Of a DNA stretch of 64,000 bases, positions 40,239-50,365 are shown in pieces. Source of the stretch: Paraphysomonas bandaiensis. Its lineage: Eukaryota > Protista > Chrysophyceae. Below the pieces are notes generated by a model that worked only from the letters and a program-made list of their open reading frames with translations, was not told where the DNA came from and did not search any database. Numbering within the stretch: the stretch's first letter is position 1; each line of letters starts with the position of its first letter. Where the stretch lies: contig CBFFRP010000097.1 in NCBI GenBank assembly GCA_965644295.1, positions 124,001-188,000 of the forward strand, in the 5' to 3' direction. A program made the position numbers and the translations under genes.

Positions 40239-41566
40239 TCAGTCGTCGCGATCAATGCGAGGACTTACGACAACGGATTCTTTTGACCCCATATCCTTCA
40301 TCACAACGTCAGAAATTTGACCGACATCCCCCGCATCTGTCGCAGGGCACTCCTCTGCTCCCACTTCCTCTGGTAATGGTCGAACCACACCGCTAGGTGA
40401 AGCACAAAATATGTTACCCGTAACAGACATGACAAAACACCTTACCTCTGAATGAAGCCAGGTGGTAACTCATCCTCGTCAAAATACTCTAAAATATCTA
40501 CCAGAGTTGAATTAAAAAAACTATAATGCTTACGTCGTGATGTACCTGATGCATTCGACACGACAACAATTTTATCACCTAAGAGTAGACCAAATATGGG
40601 ACGCAAAATAAACTGCAAAAGCTGACATCACAACATCATACCGAGAAATAAGCTTTCTGTACCTGATAAAGCATCCAAAAAAGAGAGTTCATATGTAGAA
40701 TATATATCGTACCCAGTTTATCAGCATACCATCGTTGCAGATCATAAATTATATTGCGACAATTCTGATACAAAAAAATATCAATATGCTCATATTCCAG
40801 TCCACGCCTGCATCGCAAACGAACATAAAACGATGCATACAGAAATTTCCTAATCGTACACCTGTCGTAGAGCACACACACTTTTTCCACTTCGCTCTGA
40901 GAAGTGATAGTTAAAGAAAACATTCACTTTATGTAATTACTGCTGACCTCATTAGATATCTTGCATCCTTGTTCAACAGTATATATCATAAACTAATTCA
41001 ACAAATAATTAGTTATCTCATTTTTAATAACAAAACAGCTAACCTTTTGAAAAGATTTCCCACTTCCCAAAGTGGCTCCAGTATCATGTAATCTGCCTGT
41101 CACGAGAAGACATGGCTGATTCTTTTTATCCTTCCCATGCCAAAAAGCTTGCTTAGAAGAAATCTATTGAAACACAACTCACAACAGACTACAAAAACAT
41201 ATACACAAGACCTCCTCAGAAATAGATTGCTCTGTTATTTCATCTACTTGTAAGTCTGTCGTATGTGTTAGTGGTAACATCAATCCAACACACCGCTATA
41301 GACCTACCTCTTCGCCACTGCACCCACTCCGACCACTCCTTATAGGCCGCCTCTGTGTCCCTCGGATAACGCTTACGAAACCGAGTAAGAGTACCAATAG
41401 ATTGTTCATCTTCAGTTAAAGGAGGAGAACACTGATGTTGTTTTACTTTATGTATGAGCTCATCATCAGCAGATATAGACACATTCTCTGCACTACTAGA
41501 GATAGACACAGACTCAGAGGGGGAAGAGAAGGGGGCGCAGTCCTCTGGGAGACAGCTGGTGAACAT
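40239..41566 (-). CDS. CRAL-TRIO / Sec14-like lipid-binding protein, spliced
   Basis: LTRFRKRY..WVQWRR, AFWHGKDKKNQPCLLV, LQRWYADKLGTIYILHMNSLFW, LEYFDEDELP. Confidence 0.8.
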
Positions 41567-42636
41567 GTGTGAGGGATAAGAGATCTATGAGTTAATATTG
41601 TGTGTGAAATCTAGAAGAAATGACCACATGAATACAGCCAGATGTGCATACAGAGAGTACTATATACACATACACTGTACCTCACACGTTTACGATAGTA
41701 TGGTACGCAGCAGTATACTCCTATGACTGATATCTACCGCATGTCGTGTACTGGTAGAAATATATATGGGTGGTACAGTACTCTTTCATATGTGCTGTAT
41801 TCTGTATACTCCTCAAGTACAGAGTATGATATTGCTGGAATTTGAAATTCTACTTTTTATCATAAATCTACCGTTTTCGTCTTAAAAAGGTACGATTTTA
41901 AGAAAAGTGTTTTTTACTCGACCTGTCCACGGATTTGGACACAGCACAGGCACTTAATAAAGTTCGTTGTATTTCATGTCAGTTAAAGTGTTGAGCTGTA
42001 TTTTCTTATGGAAGTCAATAGCAAGGTAACGTCCCTTATTCATCAATGTCGCTGCAGAGCTATGACTAGTATGATCATTAGCATTAGACAGAATTGCAAA
42101 ATATCTTACTGCATTACATCTCGTCAGAAGCGTATTATGTTAGGATTCCTGAAGGATTCAGAAATCATACACTATTTTACACCACATCAAGATTAAATTG
42201 AAACGATTCGAACACCTCTATACTGAATAATTCGATTATTATTGGTGATGGGCAGAACTACTTTTGGGCCCAGATTTGAAATTACCCCTGTTACATATAC
42301 GTTTATTTCTCACAGCCAGGAGAATCGCTAGAACGAATATTTATCTGATACTTCATACATCTTAAAAGTTATGACATGCACGGTGCTGCATTTTAAGCGC
42401 TGTGGGTTGTTTTAGCGTAGAATTTTTAGAAAGTAGTAAGCAATAGCTAAAATTATTTAAATTATAAAGTTTTTCCGTGTCTCCAAGTTGAATCACCTGT
42501 ACTTGTGCACAGACTACAGATTACAATGTACGCGATTATTGTACCACTTCTTTATACTATTACTGAAGATTTTATATATTTATACTACAGTCATACAAAC
42601 AGCACACTTTACCACAACTAGCAATAAAATAGCCAT

Positions 42637-44194
42637 CTATAATGAATCAGATCCAAGGCAGCTGAAAGACAGAGGTGGCACGAACTTGATATCATCAAAA
42701 GGCGAACTGAAGAACCACGCTCCAACTGTAGATAGTTGTTCAGGTCGATCTAAATTTGAGTGTGGAGAGTCTTCGATTTTATTTCCATTAAGGATAGTCA
42801 CATCACAGCATACATAAGAGCGAGTAATATTGCAAGCACTACCACTATTGGCGGTATGTATCTCTCCATCAAGAACCGTGGGACCTGGAAGAGACCGAAG
42901 CCACTCACGAAGCTCTGATTGATGGTCATCTACTACGGTAAGCCGTTGTACCATAAAGTTATTGTGGAAAAAATAAATTTCGCCGTGTTCCGGTGATACC
43001 ACCAGAATTGCCCGTTCACCACTACTTTTCGGGCACTCTAAATGAAGTGTTTCGCCATGTTTGCCTTGTAGACTTCTATACACTTCGTCTTCAATATTGC
43101 TACACTTGCAGCCTGATTCAACAGCCTGACACACCGCTGTAAGTAACACATCCAAAGGTGAGGTTGCAGCCCGCGTCTCGTCAACATGGGCCATAGTACT
43201 CTCTGCTGTGATTGTTGGCTGTTGAGTTTTGACCGCAGGAGTATCTAATCCAGATATTCGAACTGAATAGGTAGTTGGGAAATAAAATTCAGTCCCTGCT
43301 CGTTGAGTGATATACTTAGATATATTGAGTGGAGTCTCATGAGCCATTGCTCGTAGATGAGTAGCCAGACTATTCGTCGGATGCAATTCGTTGTCATCAA
43401 CCGAGTCTACAAAGAAATCTGGTACAAGCATACATGATCCCAACGGATTTCGCTACATCAAGAATAAGGTGAATAAATCATAAATCAATAATAGCACTGC
43501 CACGCTGACGAGCTTACCTCAAGCTTCTCGACATGATTGTCCAACAGAACACTGTTAGTTGAATCATAGCTCGGAAATAGACTCCACACTTTCTCCATTT
43601 CTTTCAGAAATAGCGGCTATACGACGTACAAGTCAATAAAATATAGCTGTATATAACACAAACCTTGTGACTGGAAACAATAGAGGTGCGTGGGTAGAGA
43701 TTAGTAGATTGATCTTGGCACCACGAAAACAGCAGCGGTATGCCTTGGAATATGCTCAAGTCGATATTACGCCGCTTACCACAACTCCACACCGCTAACT
43801 CATAATGTCTCGCACAAAATTGAATGAAATCCACACAATATGGACGCCGTATAAATTTTCGTTTTCCAGTTTTCGAACGCTGTTCATAAGGTTCACGCTC
43901 CCCCAGCACCCCATGCATGTCAAATATCAAGAGCGGTCGTACATACGACTTCTCCAAGGCCATTGCTAATGGATCGACACTCGAGATAATTACCTCAATG
44001 TCGTCTCCTCTTACAAACGGACGAGATTTCTTCGCATTATAGAAAATATTATTGATCAAACCGTGTTTTATACACACGCTTTTGGAGCTGTCGAATATAT
44101 TGCATAGCAGACCATTTCTTGTTACTGATGTCACTTTACCAGCGTATCTCATGCCCACTTCGATCTTGGTTTCACTGGTATCAACAGGAACCAT
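42637..44194 (-). CDS. Fusion protein: S1-like OB domain + FCP1/NIF-type HAD domain + truncated nucleotidyltransferase-like domain
   Basis: VGMRYAGKVTSVTRNG..GDDIEVIISSVD (S1-like); LLIFDMHGVL..RRPY..YELAVWS..WCQDQ (FCP1-like); KSSGER, TVLDGEI, YVCCDVTILNG (ligase/capping-like). Two short introns between 43459 and 43662. Confidence 0.7.
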
Positions 44195-44643
44195 GCCACT
44201 TAACCTTTGTTCTCATCTATATAGTCGTATTGTAGGTTCCAAATAATATATAGCTACACCACATTCCCATGCACTGCTCCTTGCTATAGTACTGCTCTGT
44301 GTACAGCGCATAATATATAGTGCATCTGCTTTCCACTATCCAAAAATGTCAGTTTTATGTCGGAAAAACGACTTCATGCATTTTATGGAACCAAAACTAC
44401 AGTTCATGCACATTGTACTGTACACATGAATACACCACTATACCACCGTATATAGTCATACCGCTCAGCTCCTCTCAATCTTTTCCATCCTCTTCTATTG
44501 CTTTACATGTATATATATATAGTCTATACATGAGGCACCATTATATATAATAACAAAGAGAAATTGTTAGTTATTTAACACTCTTCTCCGTATACTTGAC
44601 TCTGTATAGTGTAGATACTTGGAATTGATTGATTGTGATAGAG

Positions 44644-45671
44644 ATGAGCAGCTCCAGGAAACGAGATAGAAGAGATGAAGTTACAGAGAGGGAGAGGAAC
44701 CGCGACAGGACATTAAAGCGATCTAGGATGTGGCAAACAGTTGATTCAGATCAAAGTAGTGTAAATGATAGTGGATCAGATAGTGAGGGAAGTTACAGTG
44801 AGAGATCGAGGAGTCAGGAGTCATCAGGCAGCAGTGAGAGGGGACATCGATCAAAATCGAAAAAAGACAAAAAAGATAAGAAAAAGAAGAAAGACAAGAA
44901 ACATAAACACAAGAAACATAAGCATAAGAAAGTAAGTATGTGTTTTTTGTTTTTCTTACTGTGACATGCTTTTCAGGATAAGAAAGAGTCCAAGGGAGCA
45001 ATTGATCAAAATGAATACGGTGCTTATGGCATAATTAAGGAAGAGCACTTTTTCCAGAAGCAGAGGTCTTGTTGTGGGTTGTAAGCGTTATTTAAAAAAA
45101 TAATATACAATTTTGTTCACCAGAGAGTTTGAAGTGTATATGGAAGAGGTTAAGAAGATGCCAGGAATTCTTGGTCAGAGCAGAAGGGAGGTACGAAGTA
45201 ACAGTAGACAGCCGTGTTATTTGTTCGAATCTAGGCGATGTATTGACTTAAACTTAACGATTTTAGGTTATGGAATACTTCAAATGCTACATGGAGGATT
45301 ATAATACTGCAACTATGCCGCACGAGAAGTATTACAATTATGAGAAATGGGAAATGGCTGAATATCAGAAAAAGCAAGAGAAAAAACGAAAGAAAAGTTC
45401 CAAGCAAGTGCAAGAAGTGTTTGATGATGAGGCTGATCGTCAGCGAGAGGCCCGAGAGCGAAAGGAGAGAGATGAAAAGAGAGAATTTGCTGAAACTCTT
45501 TCCAAGATAGCGCAAGATAGAGAAATGAGGGAAGGCATGAGGAGACAGGGCGAGCTGAAAGCAGAACTTCAACTAGCCTACAGACAAGGTGACATGGCAA
45601 CTGTTAAGCGGATTGAAAAAATGTTGGCCCCTGAGAGCGAGGGCCCTGCAGTAAAACACCCTTGGGCATGA
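44644..45671 (+). CDS. Conserved RS/K-rich nuclear-type protein of unknown function, spliced
   Basis: R/D/S/K low-complexity N-terminus, then YGAYGIIKE..REFEVYMEEVK..YMEDYNTATMPHEKYYN, a motif set I recognise from uncharacterised eukaryotic proteins. Confidence 0.75.
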
Positions 45672-46395
45672 GGTTGATTCTGTAGCCTGGACCGGGAATG
45701 CAGGAAATTACCAATATAGAATTCACATTTGTATTCTGCGAAGTGTATTTTTAATTGAGTAATTACATTATTCCAAGTGTATACTAGACGTCGTTGTAAT
45801 ACCGTGGTGGTGGTGCTCCAATAAATTATTGGTAATATAGTGTTGACTTTTTTCTAAATATACGATTACTATGATTTAGAAATTTAGATGACATAATGTC
45901 TATATGAAAAGACACATCTAGTAATGAAAGGCTAGAAAATAGAAAATAATATACTGCAACTGTAGTGTAACCTAGCTTCCATCAATAATATTACAATACT
46001 TTTCTAACCAGTCCAACTGTACTCGTCTGAAGGAAGTCGAACAATGGATTGGAGACTTTGAACTTTGAGACATTCCTTATGCGGACGACACAAAGTGAGG
46101 TTGCGCTAGAAAGTCCACAGAAGGCTCTATATCCTATATCTTAAAATTGTCAAATTAATTTCCGCCTCCACTGCTTGATTTTAGCTATTCCATTCTCAAA
46201 TATATGCGCAGTGTAACATTGAATATAGAGGGGAAAACTTTGTTTATTAGTACAACTGCCGAACCAAGGTATTTTACCGAATACAGAATTGTCTGAGTCG
46301 TGCAATATATAAAGATATATTTGAATATGTTTTATGACTACATAACTACAAAACTACATACTACGTGGCCAAACACTTTCCTGATTTCTATATCT

Positions 46396-47347
46396 TTAAA
46401 ATTTAGCCGAACGCTTTCGCCCAGTGTACTTGCTATCATGACGTGTTTCTTTACCTTGTTGTCTTCTGCGTTCTTTTTTATTGACAATCCATTCTTTCCT
46501 CTTTGCGGCATTAAGTGCTGCTTTATCTTTTCTAGCCATTCTACACCACGATGAAGTATATTATAAAAGTATTATGTATATAGAATTCATCTAACATTTC
46601 GACACGACAATACTTACTTTGGGGCCCGGGCTGTAGTAGCAACTCCTTCCTCAACGCCAAGTGCTGTAGGAACCTGGTACGATCTCTCAAAACTCAAGCA
46701 TAAATAATACTTCTTCGCCTTTGTACTGTTCGGGTAATCGACCACCATACCTCCTGCAAATCCGACACGAGATGCGCACTGCATCACGAGAACAGCTTGC
46801 TCTGGGTTTTCTGGATAAAATTGTAACACGGCACGAGCATCTCTCTTAAGAACGGCATAAAGGCTTGAAAAGAAACGATTCAATCGTAGTTTTGGATCCT
46901 GGTCGCTGGATTCCGAATAGCAGAGCCACTGAATAGCAGATATACTAATCACCCCATCAAATGAACCAGGCCTGAAAGGCAGACCAAGCCCCATGTCATG
47001 ATGAATTAAATCACCATTCTCACAATCACGTTCGTTTGCAACATCTAACATACTTTTCGAAATATCAATTCCGGTCCAGTAGTGACCAGCTTCTTCCAAC
47101 ACTTCTCCACTAAGACCACTTCCACATCCAACATCAAGAATATATGAAGGTCTACCAGCCGGAAGTGCTAACATTTCAATGGCACGTTCAGTAATTTCAG
47201 TTTGAATAACTCGCATACGAGAGCTTGAGTCATATTTCTTTGCCTCTTTCTGTACATATATGTCAAGATATCATATAACCGACTGATAGTCTCTTATACC
47301 TCATCATAAAACAATTCAGGTGCTTGAGTACCCTCTGGTCTAGACAT
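46396..47347 (-). CDS. BUD23: 18S rRNA m7G methyltransferase BUD23/WBSCR22
   Basis: MSRPE..APELFYDE|KEAKKY..RMRVIQ, LDVGCGSGLSG, DYPNSTKAKKYYL, C-terminal DSKYTGRKR; two introns. Confidence 0.97.
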
Positions 47348-47722
47348 TGTAGAAAATAAATATAGCGTCTAACCTTAAACTAACTTAACTTTATGACACT
47401 ATAGTTCAAGACCTTAACTTCCATTCGAGGATGGGCTCATGTCCATACTTCCCAGTCCAGGCAGTGTAGGTGTGTGGTGTGCTCATATGTTATTATCCGT
47501 ATAGGTATGTCTCCTGTTTTTGACTCTCATGTGGAAATGATTGGCTGAGTATATGTGATGGATAACACAAACTGTACAGGTATTCTGCTATACAGTCTGT
47601 ATTACCACTTCCACACATCAACATACACTCATATCTTCATTCTTCTCCAACACGTACATGCATATGCTGCTGTGTATGCTACTATACGTCTGTCATAACT
47701 GTGTATTGTATGCTACATTCTG

Positions 47723-48069
47723 TCTGATGGACAGCCACATTCTGCAGCTTAGATGAATTGTGACTCTGTTAAGGAGTCAGTAATCAGTTTATATGATACA
47801 GAGATATGACAGATTTCACACGAACTCTCATATCTCTGCATCAGTGTTCTCGTATAGAGTAAGGTGGGAACATATATCGCACACAACCGTATGATAGCGG
47901 GACAAACGCTACATCAGTATCTTGAATGGATTTCTTTCCATAATAGTTTCGGTCATGTATGTGGTGGGACGGCCTATTCTGCGGCGGTTCTTCTGAAGAG
48001 CGGGACTGACAAGAGCGTATAGCTTCTAGCTAGTTGTTGTCGCGGACATACTACATGAATACCATCAGA
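47723..48069 (+). ncRNA. Candidate multibranched structured ncRNA (~347 nt), family unknown
   Basis: Perfect closing stem tctgatgg/ccatcaga encloses at least six stems, including a 16-bp stem with one mismatch (47794-47809 / 47828-47843) and tcatgta/tacatga (47953 / 48058). No ORF. Confidence 0.45.
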
Positions 48070-48310
48070 GCTTCATTATAAAAATATTACAATTGTGTGG
48101 GTAATAAGTGACTTAACCCTGAAATCCACTCCCCGAACTTAAGAGTATAGGCAACATAAATGAATGACAGAAATCGAAGTAGAGATTATTCAAGTGAAAA
48201 GTAGTTTCATCACTGAAAAGTCTAGCATAAGAATTAGAGTTACGTCTAGTAAAAGCTACAACTACTCTTAATAACAATTATCATCTTGATGTGAAGTAAA
48301 ACGTCGCAAA

Positions 48311-49891
48311 TTATTGTTTAAAGTCCATAAGATTAACAACAGCACTCATTGTCAACTTTCCATTCTTCACGTATTCCATTATCTCAGGTCCAATGAAGTG
48401 CTGAAATCCACTGGAGCTAGGCGTTGTAGCGGAAAATGTATAGAGCCGATTTCTGGAAGACTTGCACGACCCAACATTTAATTTTGGAGCATATGGGGGC
48501 CGCTTTTCACAATGCAGACGAAACTCACACTGAATTATCACACGCTTAGTATCATACTCTCGAGATATATGTGAAATCATGAGTCCATAGGAGACACAAC
48601 TTCCTGTGGATAAATTTTTCTGAAACGTCAGTCGCCACATACTTCCCCCAAACGTAAATGGATCTGATTTGAAATAGTTTGATTTGGTGTTAAATTCAAA
48701 TTCCCAGAATATTTCGATTATATTTCCAGTCGAATTACTGGAGGCCGACGTAAATGGGGACAATTGTTTTGAAGATGTTTGATTTTTGATATCGGGGTCA
48801 GAAGAAGTACTAGAAATTAAATTTTGAAAATTCTGGTGGCGTTTGCGTTGCTCTCGAGCAAGTATGTCAACCATACTTTGTTGCATACACGGAATCCTCT
48901 GTGAATTCGAAGAACTACACGAATTTACTGGTGATGAGTCTATATGAAGCTTAGGTATTTTCTCAATATTATGATACTCTGCTTCATTTTGTGCATGTAG
49001 TTCATTGCGTAACTTCAATTCACATTCTGAGATTGTATTGCTGGGATAACAGGAAACATAATCATGAGTATGTGGTCCTGATTGCAATTCTGCTATATCA
49101 ATGCATGTCACACAATCTGCAGTATAATTTGTGTTAGGAGACAATATTTCATTTTCTTTAATGGCTTGTTTTTGATGTACGTCTGTTGTAAATAAGCGGC
49201 CGGATGAGTGGGGAGACTCTGCAGGTTGAAACTTCGAGGATAGCTTAAGAATATTTTGTGCAAATGGTGAATCGAGACTGCATATATATGGCTTCACAGG
49301 AGGTGAACTACTCAGCACTTTTGCAGAGAGTGGTGGAGGATTGGTTGAAACAATGCACTGGGTTTCTGTTGAAGAGGCTATGGATGACACATTAACAGTC
49401 TTGTCTGAGGAATGAAGTAACACATCCTCAATAAGACTATGTTTAGCTGAAGTTTTACTAGGTGACGGACATGATATATATTTTGCACAATCAGCATATT
49501 TAGACTTCCAAGCCCCAACCAGAGCAGCTTGCAATGCAATATTATATCTAACCAGATGTTCAGATTCCCTGCGTGCAGCAATTGAACGATAAAAGTTTTC
49601 TTCTGACTTTTTAGCTAATGCACTTAAGCAGTCTTTACAGTAAATGTTAAGGGCACACATGACATTGAGTAGAATCTCACCTTTCAGTTCCGCCACATCC
49701 TGTAGACTCTTCTTCAGGGCCTCATTCTCTTTTTTCAAAGCTTCATACCTTTCCAGACAATCAGCAGCTGTAGCAGTAGTTGCACGAACTTTTATAGCAC
49801 ATACAGAGATATTATCAGAACTCTGTGATTGTATATGTGCACACTGCTTAAGGACTGGTCGCATGCGCTCAGTGGACACATATCTGCTCAT
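48311..49891 (-). CDS. Coiled-coil + low-complexity protein with C-terminal MATH/TRAF-like domain (paralog 1)
   Basis: WEFEF..SDPFTFGGSMWRLTF..CEFRL..SGFQHFI..YVKNGKLTM is MATH-like; probable in-frame intron 49680-49633; start uncertain. Confidence 0.75.
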   Translation of the reverse strand: MSRYVSTERMRPVLKQCAHIQSQSSDNISVCAIKVRATTATAADCLERYEALKKENEALKKSLQDVAELKGEILLNVMCALNIYCKDCLSALAKKSEENFYRSIAARRESEHLVRYNIALQAALVGAWKSKYADCAKYISCPSPSKTSAKHSLIEDVLLHSSDKTVNVSSIASSTETQCIVSTNPPPLSAKVLSSSPPVKPYICSLDSPFAQNILKLSSKFQPAESPHSSGRLFTTDVHQKQAIKENEILSPNTNYTADCVTCIDIAELQSGPHTHDYVSCYPSNTISECELKLRNELHAQNEAEYHNIEKIPKLHIDSSPVNSCSSSNSQRIPCMQQSMVDILAREQRKRHQNFQNLISSTSSDPDIKNQTSSKQLSPFTSASSNSTGNIIEIFWEFEFNTKSNYFKSDPFTFGGSMWRLTFQKNLSTGSCVSYGLMISHISREYDTKRVIIQCEFRLHCEKRPPYAPKLNVGSCKSSRNRLYTFSATTPSSSGFQHFIGPEIMEYVKNGKLTMSAVVNLMDFKQ

Positions 49892-50150
49892 ACCCTTCTC
49901 ACAACCAATGATATCTCCGATATATGAATTTACAATATATGATTGGTAAAAACACAAAGCAGAGATTTTTTATAGGAAAAGTGTGGAGTGGTGAAGTCTG
50001 TTGGTAAGGTCGAAGTGAGTAAGTGAATATCAGGCTGGAATGATACTGATGAACTGTGTGATGGATGCTATGAACGATGCAGAGAGTTATACTTAATACT
50101 CATAATTAATAGTTGTGTTATATATTCGATTAGCAGTGTTGATCTACTTA

Positions 50151-50215
50151 CAGAGGTGACAGGAGTTACCCCTGCAACACTGGTGTTGACAGGCAGGTCA
50201 TTCTTGTCACCTCTG
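50151..50215 (+). other. 65-nt fold-back hairpin between the MATH paralogs
   Basis: cagaggtgacaggagttacc pairs with ggtcattcttgtcacctctg (two G-U pairs, one mismatch); inner caacac/gtgttg. Confidence 0.6.
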
Positions 50216-50365
50216 CAGTTGGAGAGACAGAAGAGAGTCTTTAATATTCGACTATTCTAATAAACGAGTTGTACACATATACTTATGGCTACAACCAGTT
50301 ATATCAAGCTCAAGGTGTTTTATTTGGTATCCCAGTAGCCCTGTTGTGGTATTGTAACCGTGTGT

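Noticed and set aside
48093-48135. Telomerase-RNA-like string tgtgtggg..CTTAACCCTGAA
   Set aside because: It resembles the plant template context (CTAAACCCTGAA) but gives only 7 nt for TTAGGG or implies an unsupported TTAAGGG repeat; no pseudoknot or Pol III signals were seen, and it overlaps the likely MATH1 3'UTR.
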